Source: Octopus bimaculoides
Lineage: Eukaryota
Assembly: GCF_001194135.2 (NCBI RefSeq)
Contig: NC_068982.1
Coordinates: 24,726,526-24,769,614, forward strand
Length of the DNA stretch: 43,089 nucleotides
Direction of reading: 5' to 3'
The translations under genes and the position numbers were made by a program. Within the stretch, counting starts at the first letter, position 1. The number at the start of each line of letters is the position of its first letter. Below the pieces are notes generated by a model. The model was not told the DNA's origin. It saw only the letters and a program-made list of their open reading frames with translations, and did not search any database. Shown here in pieces: positions 22,468-36,550 of the stretch.

Positions 22468-22632
22468 TATATATATATATATGGTGTGTTTACATCCCCA
22501 TAATTTAGCGGTTCGGAAAAACGGACTGATAGAATAAGTACTAGGCTTACAAAGAATAAGTCCTGAAGTGGATTTGCTCGATTAAAAAGCATGGCCACAG
22601 TCAAATGCCTGAAACAAGTAAAAGAGTAAAAG
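22468..22632 (+). mobile_element. 3' half of the microsatellite-containing SINE
   Basis: (TA)n then ggtgtgtttacatcccc...gatagaataagtactaggcttacaaagaataagtcc...catggccacagtcaaatgcctgaaacaagtaaaagagtaaaaga. This is the reverse complement of the 15921-16130 type sequence. Confidence 0.85.
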
Positions 22633-22649
22633 AGGGTAATATTGTTAAT

Positions 22650-22880
22650 ATTAACTGACAGTAGTAGTGGCTGATGGATACGATGGTGATGGCTACGGTG
22701 CTATCATCGATAATTATGGCGGTGGTGCTACTGGTGGTGACGATGTGATGGCAGCGATGTTGCTTGTGGTGATGATGATGGGGATGGCAGTGGTGTTGTT
22801 GGTTAGGATAATAGTGACGGTAGTGATGTTGCTGGTGATGGGCATGAGGATTTTGGTTATCACAATAATCATGGAGTGAG
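22650..22880. repeat. Degenerate (GAT/GGT)n trinucleotide low-complexity tract
   Basis: Repeated gatgatggtggt-type triplets. Confidence 0.75.
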
Positions 22881-24127
22881 CAGATTTTGGTATGTGGGCA
22901 TTAGTAGGTTGTTCAGTTAACAGGTAAGTAGCAGTAGATTGCTTTCGCTTAGTAGAATCGAGAGATATTAAGTGGAGTATTGCAAGATACTGCTTAACGA
23001 GGTGGTAGTATTTCGAAATATGCTTTGATTTAGATTCCACTTGTTTTGTTGTTCGATTGTCAAAAATTGGGACAATTTTAGAAGCAAAGTCACTGTAGCA
23101 TGACGCTTGTGTCGTTGACTCTTTGTGAAAGGTCAAGCAACCTGTTGAATAGAATAGCAATTTCACTCTCTGTCCAGTGAAGTTTCTTTTGGGCTAGTTT
23201 GATCATGGTGATAGTAGTTGCTATCGTTTCTTTCGTTTGTTTTGCTAGTCAATAATTTAGGTGCGTTCCTTTTTTTTTTNNNNNNNNNNNNNNNNNNNNN
23301 NNNNNNNNNNNNNNNNNNNNNNNNNNNNNNNNNNNNNNNNNNNNNNNNNNNNNNNNNNNNNNNNNNNNNNNNNNNNNNNNNNNNNNNNNNNNNNNNNNNN
23401 NNNNNNNNNNNNNNNNNNNNNNNNNNNNNNNNNNNNNNNNNNNNNNNNNNNNNNNNNNNNNNNNNNNNNNNNNNNNNNNNNNNNNNNNNNNNNNNNNNNN
23501 NNNNNNNNNNNNNNNNNNNNNNNNNNNNNNNNNNNNNNNNNNNNNNNNNNNNNNNNNNNNNNNNNNNNNNNNNNNNNNNNNNNNNNNNNNNNNNNNNNNN
23601 NNNNNNNNNNNNNNNNNNNNNNNNNNNNNNNNNNNNNNNNNNNNNNNNNNNNNNNNNNNNNNNNNNNNNNNNNNNNNNNNNNNNNNNNNNNNNNNNNNNN
23701 NNNNNNNNNNNNNNNNNNNNNNNNNNNNNNNNNNNNNNNNNNNNNNNNNNNNNNNNNNNNNNNNNNNNNNNNNNNNNNNNNNNNNNNNNNNNNNNNNNNN
23801 NNNNNNNNNNNNNNNNNNNNNNNNNNNNNNNNNNNNNNNNNNNNNNNNNNNNNNNNNNNNNNNNNNNNNNNNNNNNNNNNNNNNNNNNNNNNNNNNNNNN
23901 NNNNNNNNNNNNNNNNNNNNNNNNNNNNNNNNNNNNNNNNNNNNNNNNNNNNNNNNNNNNNNNNNNNNNNNNNNNNNNNNNNNNNNNNNNNNNNNNNNNN
24001 NNNNNNNNNNNNNNNNNNNNNNNNNNNNNNNNNNNNNNNNNNNNNNNNNNNNNNNNNNNNNNNNNNNNNNNNNNNNNATATATATGTATATGTATATGTA
24101 TATATACATATATGTATATATATATGT

Positions 24128-24169
<42 letters not shown>

Positions 24170-24679
24170 ATAACAAAAATGGGGATAAGAGAAATAACCG
24201 GAATGGCCTGTAGCATATATATGAAAAATAATTACAAATACATCTTTATCAAAAAACATACGACAAATATCCTTGATTTAACAAAAATATCTCCGCTTCC
24301 AGAAAATACATCACAATTACAAAATAGCAAATGAAAAGAGCTCCATATGAGACGCAGAGATACAGTGAAGTGCCAAGGATTCTCCGTAGATTACATGACA
24401 TTAAAGAAACTGACATTAAATTAAAGGGCACTCGTGTGGGCACGAACGTGGGTACGTATAACTTTTTTCTGAATTTACTTGTTTATATTCACATACGAAT
24501 GGATAAATGGGTGTACTAATGCGCTGTAATTATTCACGAGCTGGGAATATGTATGTGCTGACACCATGTCGACGTTCTTGAAAGCATGCTACTATTCTTC
24601 AAAATCAGCCATGCATGAAATTACAAAAACTTAAACCCTACTGAACTTTCTTTAAAACATTATATTTCCCCCTTTATCT

Positions 24680-24704
24680 CTGTGTGTGTGTGTCTCTCTC
24701 TCTC

Positions 24705-24756
<52 letters not shown>
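24680..24756. repeat. (TG)/(TC)n microsatellite
   Basis: Directly visible. Confidence 0.9.
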
Positions 24757-24758
<2 letters not shown>

Positions 24759-25098
24759 CCACTTCCTCTCCCTTTTTTTTTCACTACTGACCAAATATCA
24801 TTTCATTTTTTATGTGCTTATTCTATTGTTCATCTATTAGAATGACCAAACTCTCCTTCTTTGGAGAATAGTTGTATCTTAGTACCACTTCCTTCAAAAC
24901 CAATTTATTTGTTAAATTTGCTTTATTACATTCATATTTTTTCTGATTACTATTGCATTCTTGAATTTGTTTTTTACTTCACTGTCTCCATATATTAACT
25001 TTGCTCTATGGCCATTGCTCCCTTTAAGTAAATCACAAATGGCAACATGCTGAGTACATGTATTGTCTGATGTCTGAGGATATATAAAGGGTCAAGCT

Positions 25099-25132
<34 letters not shown>

Positions 25133-25299
25133 TTATGCTTGAAAATATGTGTAAAATTAAAATGGAACTTATTCATGATCTTTACTTAACATAAATTCTC
25201 TGTATTAATTCCACATATATACGTTTATAATTTTATCAATAATTTGTAGCTGTCTTATTTGCCCTACATTTTTTTCTTTAATAGTTTGAGCTGTTCCCC

Positions 25300-26841
25300 G
25301 TTGCTTGGTTATGTGCTCTATCTCATTGAGAGCAATTAATTTAGTAGACATTGATTATCTTTCCTCTATCTTCTTTGAAACATATTCTGCAGATTAGTTT
25401 CTTTTTTAATCGCCGCGTTTATTTCTTTTTTTTTTTATTTGCCACATTTTAGTTCTCGCTATTTCTGTATGGTCGCATTTTGGTAATATATTAACCATTG
25501 TTTACCATTCAGAGATATACAATTTTTTTGTTCTGAGTTTTACACATTTTCCTATTCGTTCCACTTGTGTCACCTTTGACAAAAATATCATATCAATTTA
25601 GTATAATTATACCACATTTTTCTCTTCTATTTGTTTTATAATACTCACAGTATTCCCAGTATTTAAAAGATCCAAACCAGTCGTGCCTCAACATATATTA
25701 TTGTAGTTAATTTTTGGGATCCAAACACAACGTTCTTAAACATTCATTTTAACTGTTGCTTAATATATNNNNNNNNNNNNNNNNNNNNNNNNNNNNNNNN
25801 NNNNNNNNNNNNNNNNNNNNNNNNNNNNNNNNNNNNNNNNNNNNNNNNNNNNNNNNNNNNNNNNNNNNNNNNNNNNNNNNNNNNNNNNNNNNNNNNNNNN
25901 NTATACTTATTTATTTATTATTTATTTTTTCATCTTATTTCACAACATTTAATGATATGGATTTATGTTTATCAGATTTATCAACTTTGTTTTCATTACG
26001 TAGAACCGATTCAATTTTCTTCCGATGAAATTCGTCATATCTTCCTTGGTCACAGCTAAGATTTTTCTTCTCTATTTCCCTATGCGTAGATTTCTCGGGT
26101 ACTACCCTTGATATGGGTCAATTTGCCATCGTTATATAAAGATTTGTTGTAGTTCTAAATAAGACTTAGATTTTAGGTTCTCAAAGATATGCTGTTTCTC
26201 TTATTGGCTCATAATTATTGGGTAAATGCATCTTCCCTAAACACACAGAACTGTGTAGGGCTATTGTTCTAAATATAACACAGACAACTATTCTTATTAA
26301 AAAAATGGAAATTAGATTTATTGATCGCAGGAAAATCAACTGTTGTAGCCACACCCTTGTATACTAGAGCTCATTCAATTTTCTTAGCAATGTTTTCTTA
26401 TATTCGTCAAGCGATAAAGATAGTAATACACGGGTTTTTAAAGAATTCACAGAGTGCTATGGTGTACTCTATTGTCCTACAAGTTGCACGGTATGTAGTG
26501 AATTTAGCTACTTCTTTTCTAAAATGTAGAATTTCTATGAGTCTGGTAAGGTGAAATATTTTCTCAGATAACAACCTATGCATTAGAAAACATAATACTA
26601 GTGACGAGGTTATAGTTTCATACTTTTGGTGTACATGTAAGATTTTGAGAGAATTAATTGTTATTTCACATCTAGCATCAGACTGAGTTTTGGAAGTGAT
26701 CTTTAATAATTCGCGCAATGTTTTCGACAACCAACTTTATATTTCCGGTCTGTGAATTTTCTTTTTAACCTTATTTTATTCTTTTATCTCTCTCTTCCCG
26801 CTCTCTTTTTCTGTCTGTCTGTCTGTATGTATGTATGTATG

Positions 26842-26875
<34 letters not shown>

Positions 26876-26889
26876 TGTATGTATGTATG

Positions 26890-26934
<45 letters not shown>

Positions 26935-28440
26935 GCTTACTGACCAAATGCTTTTTCATTTTTTTTTTACCCTACTATTAATCTAATTTTACACTGGTAT
27001 TTTATTCAGAAATAAGCGAGGTTTTCATTTGTAAGAGCTTCACATGTGATACGAATTTATGTTATTGATTAATATTTTTCTAATATTTGTCTGTGCTTGT
27101 GGCGTAACTGCATCTTTCGATTTTCTTTTCATTCTTGTTTCTGATTTTATTTTTTGCAATGATAATATATATTCCAAACAGCTTATCTGACTTGAGCTCT
27201 GATCTCTGCTTTATTCCCCATATGTTGCTAAGACGAGTTACTCTAATCTTTCCCTTATTTCCCGTGTGTCTTCCCTTTATTGACATTATATTTTATGAAT
27301 ATTTGGTCAACTCTTCCGTTTTTCGCTCATTAGGTTTACGCCTTTACTAGCATTTTTCTAACAAATTTCTAAATATTTTTTCTCCTTTTTTTCATGGTAC
27401 CCTTCTCTGGTAAGATCCGCATTTTATAGACATCGAATCGGATTTCTCTTGACACTAAAATGCGGCCTATTGAATAGATTTGGTAATTTAGCTTATTGAT
27501 TTTCATTTTTTTTCTCTGAACCAATAGTTATTGGAACGAATAATCTATTATTCCTTTGCGATTTTTTATTCGTACCTGGGGGATTGATTTTTGTATTCAT
27601 TCATGTAATTCCTTTATGGTTCTTGACACGTTGTCCTTATAGTTAATGGTGATTAATCTTTCGGGATGTTTTTATTATTACTATGTGTTTTAGCTGTATC
27701 TTTTTCTCCATATTGGCTTAGAATTTGGTTATTTTGAAGAAAGTATTCCTATGCATTTTAGTTATTTTATGTGTATTATTTGTCTCCTTTAACTTTGCGT
27801 TGCTTTCTTTTCTCCATGCATTGTACACTATACAAACATTATTGTACTATGAATTTTATTCGATATTGTACTCTGTTTTGTCTGTTTTCTTCTGTTAATG
27901 TATTTTGTGTTTTTATTGAAGCATGGGCATAATTTTGTGGCATTTATTTTTATATCGTTAGCGTAAAATATTTCTAAGTGTGGTTCTATTTCTCATTCCA
28001 CAATATTTTACATATTATTGCTTGTATATCTGCTCATGACCTACACATATCAATTTGTACCTTATACGATTTTTTAATTTCTTTTCATAGATATCATCCA
28101 TCTTCTGCATAGTGCGGGGGATCTACAATATGCTGTTTCACGCTAAGTTGTTCTGTCCATCAGTGATTAGCAGTTTTTAATTCGAACAAAATCGTTAAGT
28201 TTCATGCATTGGCTATGCACTTCGTTTTTTCCGGCCATTTGTTCTATTTTTCTTTATTCTCTTCAGGAAATCTCGTACGTTTTTAGCAACTTAGTACTTA
28301 TTTCTAGCCACCGAAAATATTTTTGCCACAATTAAGTGGCAAATATACTTCGCGATGTCGTGCAGCTACTGTTTATACCTCGCTCAGAGATTTGTTATTG
28401 CTAGTTTACATTTTTTCGAGATCAGTGACTTTTTGTCACT
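25300..28440 (-). mobile_element. Probable long, heavily decayed Penelope-like element (RT followed by GIY-YIG), split by a microsatellite and a gap
   Basis: Minus strand: A-rich N-terminal region, CTPKV*...PR.LV (~26597-26635, cf. Y.LPK.HK...P.RPIV), later KNVVFG and IIYVE (~25682-25737, GIY-YIG-like) and KLRT...NG.N. Motifs are weak and frameshifted. Confidence 0.4.
26815..26935. repeat. Compound (TGTC)(TATG)n(TATC)n microsatellite
   Basis: Directly visible. Confidence 0.93.
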
Positions 28441-29122
28441 GGAAAAATTATATATATANNNNNNNNNNNNNNNNNNNNNNNNNNNNNNNNNNNNNNNNNN
28501 NNNNNNNNNNNNNNNNNNNNNNNNNNNNNNNNNNNNNNNNNNNNNNNNNNNNNNNNNNNNNNNNNNNNNNNNNNNNNNNNNNNNNNNNNNNNNNNNNNNN
28601 NNNNNNNNNNNNNNNNNNNNNNNNNNNNNNNNNNNNNNNNNNNNNNNNNNNNNNNNNNNNNNNNNNNNNNNNNNNNNNNNNNNNNNNNNNNNNNNNNNNN
28701 NNNNNNNNNNNNNNNNNNNNNNNNNNNNNNNNNNNNNNNNNNNNNNNNNNNNNNNNNNNNNNNNNNNNNNNNNNNNNNNNNNNNNNNNNNNNNNNNNNNN
28801 NNNNNNNNNNNNNNNNNNNNNNNNNNNNNNNNNNNNNNNNNNNNNNNNNNNNNNNNNNNNNNNNNNNNNNNNNNNNNNNNNNNNNNNNNNNNNNNNNNNN
28901 NNNNNNNNNNNNTATATATATATATATATATATATATCACATATGGTATAATTATAAACAGGGCAAAGTTTAGCCATTTCCCTGCAGACTGCAAAAAATG
29001 ATGATTAACCTGTGTAAGGCGCACTAGATACCGAAATATCGTTCAACCAATTTCACATAATAACTATGGCACTCTTCTATTTTTTTATTTCTGTATAACT
29101 TCTGGAGTAGTTACCTCAGTGC

Positions 29123-29126
<4 letters not shown>

Positions 29127-29191
<65 letters not shown>
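29127..29191. repeat. (TAA)21 microsatellite
   Basis: Perfect run 29127-29189 counted from the sequence. Confidence 0.97.
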
Positions 29192-30760
29192 GTATAAGTA
29201 TAATGCTGGAGAGAACAGGTAGAATAATGGATAAAGGTTATGGTGTGATATTGGAAGAATTGAGATAAAGTTTAGTAGCAATCAAAGCAAAACTGTAATG
29301 ATAATTCAATACAAAAACACAATTCAGGCAAAACATTGTTTGTGGCAAATCTGAAGAAACTGCTTCTGGAACTAGATGGTCAAATACTAGTAACAATCAT
29401 ACTAAATGCTGAGGAAAGCAAGGCATTCTGGAGAGGGATCTGAAACCAACCTGTAGAGCATAATAATGAATCGGTGTGGTTACATGAAATCCAACGTCGG
29501 TTAAGAAGCATAGAGGTCCACGAAGACTTAAAGACGGCTACAGAAATGATAAAAAGAGCAGTTAAGAAAATTCACGAATAGAAAGAGCCCAGAACTGGAT
29601 GTGGTCCAAGATTATTGGATGAAGTAGCTGAGAGGGCTCCATGAAAGGATAGTATAACAGCTACATGAGTGCGCTACAGGAAGGCGCAGTACTTAGCTAG
29701 ATGACAAAGATAAAGACACTGTTATGTGACAAAGATCCTGAAAAGTGAAATATTTCATCCACATTTAGACGAATTACATGCCTTCTGCTAATGTAGAAAC
29801 TAATGACAGGTGCTTTGGCCGGTGAACTCATTAAATACTTGGAAAAAAAGTTGGCTGCTACCCATTACAGAAAAAGGAACAGGGGAATGAAAGAGCAGCA
29901 CTTAATTGATAATCTAATTAACAAGAACTGCAAGAGAAAACATACAAACCTAAGCATGACATGGGTTGAACATCAGAAATCATACGATATGATACCACAC
30001 TCCTGGATAAGAACAATGGAAATGTATGGAGTAGCAGAAAATATGAGAAGCCTTATATGTAATACCATAAATAGTTGGAGAAAGGAACTGACAGCAGAGA
30101 AGCAAGTATTAGAAAAGGTGAAAATCAAGAGAGTGTGTCTCCACTGATATTCGTGTTGGGAAGAATCCCATTAAGTGAAATACTACACAAAACAAATTTA
30201 GGATATGATCTTGGAAAAGGTAAGGGGAAACTGTTCCATTTGCTGTTCATGGACGACCTGAAGCTATTCACAAAAAACTGAGGCAGAACTGGACAGCCTA
30301 GACCAGTCTGTGCGGATTTTCTTCAATGATATTAAGATGGAGTTTTGACTCTCAAACTGTGCTACGATGGTCATGAGACGAAGAAAGCTTATCAGGACAG
30401 AAGGGTTACCAAGTGGTGAAATGATGAAAGCAATTTAATCTCAATCCAGTTATAAATACTTGGGAATACTTCAGGTAGATGAAATTAAACACGACATGAA
30501 GGAAAAAAAAAAGAAAAAGATAGTGCCTGCGGCGAGTGAGAAAAATATTGGCTTCAATGCTGAACCAGAAACATAATTTCGGCAATAAACTCGCGCGCAG
30601 TTGCAGTAGTTTGGTATGGCTTTGGAATCCTGAAGTGGATAGAGAAGGAGCTAAAGGAGATGGACAGGAATTTAAGAGAGCTCCTAGCGATGCATGGAAC
30701 CCATCTTCCACGTGGAGGCACTGATAGCCTATACATGATGAGAGCAAATGGACGAACGGG
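29192..30760 (+). mobile_element. R4/Dong-clade non-LTR retrotransposon relic (RT domain), truncated at both ends
   Basis: NAEESKAFWRGI*NQPVEHN, MIKRAVKKI, RRITCL, MKEQHLID..INKNCKRKHTNLSMTWVEHQKSYDMIPHSWI, SPLIFVLGRIPLSEIL, HLLFMDDLKLF (FMDD at 30246-30257), YKYLGILQ, DSLYMMRANG. The GIFQGD motif is deleted; many stops and frameshifts. Confidence 0.88.
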
Positions 30761-31883
30761 AACATATTCTTTGGAATTAATCGTATTATTAAATGGGAAC
30801 ATCAGTTTTTAATTACTTTGAGGGACATTTAACTATCATTTCTTGAAGTAGTATCAATGTTTCAGTTCACCTGCCGACTATTTACTTTTGTGTGTTTGGA
30901 GGTCGGTAATGGTAACATAAATTCTAATGTTCGCTGCCCGCCACTCTGTCATACTTTTACATATTCTATATTTTGTGTAAAATTGAGCAGACAATATCAA
31001 GCTTACTTTGATCATTCACGCAATCCATTTATTAACTTGTAGGAAGGCTTTTTGCAGAAATCTGAATCTGCAATTTCTTAACCAGTACTTTGTTGTTTTT
31101 ATCAATCTCTCAGATCATCACAAAACTCGGGTATTGAAACAATGGTATGGAATTTCCTACTTCATTGTTGCAGAAATTTTAGGTTCCTAACAATTTCAGC
31201 AGCGTTTCTCGTTGATTCTCAGAGATATATAGGTTGGCTTCCTCGCAGACAATTAATAAACGTTATTTTGTTCTATTTTTCTACGAAATGATATCAGATT
31301 CGTATTACTTTTACTAGATATATTAGGAATCAAACGGTAGATATTTGATAATAATGCAAATAAGATGCTGCAGAAGACTATTTCGTTTTACTTAAATAAC
31401 TATGTAATGTATTAGTCAATGATAGCAGACAAAATCTCAGCGTACTATTTCCTTTGGCCTGTGTGGTCACACAATTTCAAATATACGATCAAAGTATAAA
31501 TACTTGCAAACATTTATATTGTTCAATTATTGTAGTTGTGATATTACTAGTAATTGAAGTATCAAATATTTGAAGCCTTTGATTTTTTTCAACTAGAATT
31601 ATATTTAGTTGAATATGTTCAGTATTCGATCAAGTTTGGGCTTGGTTTCATACTTAATTCAATTTTTTTTTTTTTTCATTATTTAAATTTATCTTACTAG
31701 GCGTTCAATTAATTCTGGTTTCTCACAAATTACATTTCCAACACAACTCACAAGAGATAAATCAATGCTTTCCATCTTGATTGTATTTGATTATATCACT
31801 GATATAATACTTGTGTACAAAATAAGGAAACGACGATTCTAGGTTGTGAATGAAAGGAAATAATGCAATTGATGGTTGGAACC

Positions 31884-31887
<4 letters not shown>

Positions 31888-31932
<45 letters not shown>
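31888..31932. repeat. (TA)n microsatellite
   Basis: Directly visible. Confidence 0.93.
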
Positions 31933-31935
<3 letters not shown>

Positions 31936-32770
31936 TAAATGAATATATGTTCAGGGAGTTATCACATATTCAAATATTTTTGTACCATTAATCTATTTCT
32001 AGCATTACTATCATTAACAGTTGTATTAAATATTTTAGCCTCTTGATCTTCATGAACTACAATTATATTTCGTATGTCCGCAATTCGTTCGGGCATTAGA
32101 TATTGTTATGTCAATCGGTATATTTCGCTACATAGGTGTCCTTGCAGTGTGGTGCAGGTAAACCTTATAGAGGAGTAATTAGAACACTCGTTATATTGTA
32201 ATTATTGTGGGGAAATTTTAGGTCGATGTTTCTGTGCACGGAAGAAATTTATCTCGACAAGTTTCAAACGTTTGAATTCTCATCAGATATTTTCCTATCC
32301 GCCTACGAAAAGTAGTATTCTGCCCAAGGTGTTCCTGCACATATTTATTACTTACGCAAGCACGAAGCCGAAAGTTGGAGATGAGTAGAACCAAAAACAT
32401 TGCTTCTGATACCTAACAGATATTAGTTTATCGATTTTAGAATGATTAGATGTATACCGGATGAGTCTACACTAAAAAGTATCTAAACAATTTTCTTACA
32501 CTACACCTTGTTACAAGAACTCTCACGTCATTCTGCTATCAAAAATTGATTTGGTTTGCATTTGAGCCAGTAGAAACTTACAACGCCATTCTACAGGATT
32601 TACGCTATGAAGTAAGTGTAAAATAACGAGATATTATAGGACACTTTATTTATAGTAGACTGACCCTACAATCGATAACTATCCATATAATATCACAGTG
32701 CAGAGTATGCAGAGGTTGCACAACTTAATATAGTGATGGAGCATACATGTCAGTTTGTGCTTTTATACAT

Positions 32771-32807
<37 letters not shown>

Positions 32808-32915
32808 TACAGACATGCATGCTTATACTTACATNNNNNNNNNNATATAGATACATACATGTATGTATGCAAGTGCTTGTATATATATGTATATATGTAG
32901 GTGTGTGTGTGTTTG

Positions 32916-32955
<40 letters not shown>

Positions 32956-34195
32956 AATATTTGTTTGTAAAATGTTAATTCCTCTCATTATATATCATAC
33001 CCTCCCTATGTAGTTCATAACTCAAATAGAAATCGTGCATCAACGGGAAATATACAACACATAAGAAATAAATGGAGAGAAAGTGTGTGTGGGGGGGGGG
33101 GGGAATTTCTCTGTGATATAGCTTAACAATTGTGGCATCGAATATTGCACTGACTAAAGTTGGTGTCTAATATGGGACGGTCAACATAGTTATCTTTGTT
33201 TCTGAAAATACCAAGCGGATTTTAAAATCACTCACTAATGTCTCGAATAAATGATAATTGAAACAGTGTTAATAAGAATCGAGGCTAATGCAACCACACA
33301 AAAGACTGAACACTTATTGAAACTACCATTCAAACTACACTCTCCCATATACAATTGAAAAGTGCAGCAACATTATTGGGAACGTGGTGTGTGATTTTAG
33401 CAAACAGGCCTGAATGATCAAGTGTGTCTGAGACAAAATATTACAGCTTATGTCGTTCTACATTTTAATACATAGCATACTTCAGGTACACAAAGAAAAC
33501 ACGCGCGTACGTGTGGATATTGCGATATATAAATTCACAGTTAAGTGGTAAACCACAAATTTAGTTTGGACCACTATGTTTCACTAATGACTAATTAATT
33601 TATATTCCATCTCTTTCATTTCCTTCCTCTCTTCTCCTAACAAATCCATCTTACACCCTCTTCTAAATATTCTCTCCCTTTTCTTCTGACAATTTTACTC
33701 CTAAAAACAATTCTTTTCTTTTCTTTAATTCCGTTTAAATATAAATACTCGGGTGCGACAATATATTTACTTACTTACCGTTGACGTAGTACATGACCCC
33801 AACTCATATTCACAATGACCTTCTCCTAATCAGCATCAATCTAACGAAATTGTCCCCTTCCCCTTCTCCTTTTCTCTATTGCTAACAATTTTAGACAATT
33901 ACCCATTCCCATCTTTTATTTCTTCATGTTTATGTTTTTCTGTTTAATTGAATGCTATGTGTATTGATTGCCGAATCCATAAGCAGAGCTTTCTGTAATA
34001 ACCGTACGATTCTCAGAATCCACATTATATAATATTGTATACAACTAATTTATTACTAAGATACTGCTAGAATAAGTGCCAGACTTAAAAAAGAAACAAA
34101 TTCTGAGCTCGATTGATTGGAGTAAAATTGTTCTTAAACCGGTGCCCCAACATACTCGGTGTCTAATGACTGAAACAGATAAATGATAAAAAGTA

Positions 34196-34242
<47 letters not shown>

Positions 34243-34246
34243 GTAT

Positions 34247-34291
<45 letters not shown>

Positions 34292-34949
34292 NNNNNNNNN
34301 NNNNNNNNNNNNNNNNNNNNNNNNATACATAAACGCATATGTATATATTTATGTATGTATGCATGCATGTATGTATATATATATGTACATACTGAAAGTT
34401 GTTATATTGCTAATAGTTAAGTGGATAAATGTAATAGTTGTTGAACTTAAATCAACGAGACTTATACTTGATATTACTTGAGAATTCTAGTTCGCTTGCA
34501 ATTTTTCTAAATAAGTGTAATTGCATTGTAAAACGACAAGTATGGATGCAATTTTGATTTTCTGGCGACATGAAGTATCTGTCATTACCCAATAAAACCG
34601 AAGGATGACCAATTTTCGACATCTACACTCTTATATTTCTGACATAGCTCACATCAAATCTAGTATTGATTTCGTTTTCAGACAACATACACACATTACT
34701 GCAGGAGGTAATTTGATTGTATAGCGTTTATAGATTTCCCTAGCGAATTAGCGACAGCAATTGGGTAAGAGTAATAGCTTACAACAATAGCACTGGATCA
34801 CTTACTTAGTTATTTTTTTTCTTTCATATAATGTGCTTTGCTATCTCTGAATTGCTATCTCTTGTATACATACGTACATATATTTTGAGCGGAGAATAAC
34901 TGATATGCTTTGATGTTGACAGTTCCATTAAAGCAAATATAAGCGTTCT

Positions 34950-36000
34950 CTGAAGTAAAATTATTACAACCACAAATATAAAAAATGTGTTACTATTATA
35001 TCAGTCTCAAATCAACTTTTCGCAAACATTCTTGCATTATATATGCAATATCTCGTGTAAAATAAAAATGCTCTAGGAGTTAAGTGATCTCACAATCATA
35101 CTAAACCGTAACCTTCGTTATACAAACTCTAAAACCTGCCTAATTCTCCTAAAGTGTTTCTTTTAAATCTTTCTCATATATTCTTATATTATGTCAGCAC
35201 TCTACACACATTAAACGGAAAACACACAAATTAGAATAAATGTATACAAACATCCCTACAATATCCATATAAAACTTCCCCAAAAGAAGCAAGTATGGTA
35301 TAGTATAGAAGGAGAATATTTGAAAAGAAAAGCTCAGGAATACAGCAATAAGGACTTAATGGCAGATGTGAGCCAAAACAAAACATTTATTGATAACATT
35401 CGGTAACACAGCATCACTGATATATTTGAAACATATTTTGTGAATAATTTGGGATTGGTGAATCCAAATACCTCATTGATATGCACTTTAAATTTCTATT
35501 CTACAACAAAAACTCATATTTTTAAATAATCGCCGTCAAAAACTGTCCCCAATCATCAATATAACACCGACCAACATACAGGTGATGCCTTAGAATTTAG
35601 AAACAATTTTCCTACTAAAATCCCGCGTGTTCTTTAAGCAATTTTACTTCAGAACACTTAGTGCAAAAGATTAAAAACCTCTAGTGTCTATTTTTATGAC
35701 TAATCAGGTAAATATTTAAAGCAGGTTCAGAGAGCTCGTAAATGACCGGTATTCCGTATCTTTAATGTATACAGGCCTTGATTGACAATGCATTTGCTTG
35801 TTTTCACTATTAGTAATTTCTTGGTAACCATAAAACAGGTATTTTCTCTAAGTGTATACAAGAGAGCTCTGTACTTCCCATAACATTGTTTATAACATAA
35901 GATCTGTTACATCTACAGGGATTTAGTTCAAAAGCGTGTGATTTTAGCGACGGACACGAAAATTCCACTGTGACAGTAAAAAAAAAAACTTTCAGTGATG
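34950..36000 (+). mobile_element. Possible decayed Penelope-like RT relic
   Basis: MYTNIP at 35240-35257 (cf. SLYTNIP) and YNTDQHTGDALEFRNNFP at ~35560-35613 (cf. YRKPT.T...L.F.S.HP), in the expected order and roughly the expected spacing. Confidence 0.4.
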
Positions 36001-36550
36001 AAACCAGGAATTTTGAGTGATGTGCATGGTGCGAGATTATACATAGAGTCTTCAACGGAAATTTTCTATCATGTTTCGCACAGCAGATCAATATATAACT
36101 TTGGGGATCAAGTTCGAGTTTGAGGTATCAGAGTTTGTAATACTGTACATCTTGAACGATTATGCTAAATAAACAGACACAGTAAGATTTGGATATCTTA
36201 GTATAATATAATATACTAAAATATATAAACCTATGTGTGTGTGTGTGTGAGTGTGTATGTGTGTGTGTGTGTGTGTGTGTGTTTGTGTGTGTGTATGTGT
36301 GGGAATAGATATACATATGTGCACTGCCATATGTTAATAACATTATTAATGTTGCATTCATATCAAACCTGGAAGCATATATGGAATCAGCGTTTCATGA
36401 TGTATCCAACAGAATGCCTAACTCTTACGACACAAAATTTTAAGTTGAAGCTGGATTTCGTAATTTCAGTCCGGTGGGTAAATGTAACTTTATATAAAAG
36501 GAAGCGCTGTTTATTCTAAACTCAATGAGATAGAGAAGACTTACAGCGTA

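Noticed and set aside
24331-24519. 62-aa ORF MKRAPYETQRYSEVPR...
   Set aside because: No recognisable domain or supporting splice signals.
25081-25090. TATATAAAGG TATA-box-like motif
   Set aside because: Expected by chance in AT-rich DNA; followed by (CA)n with no downstream gene evidence.
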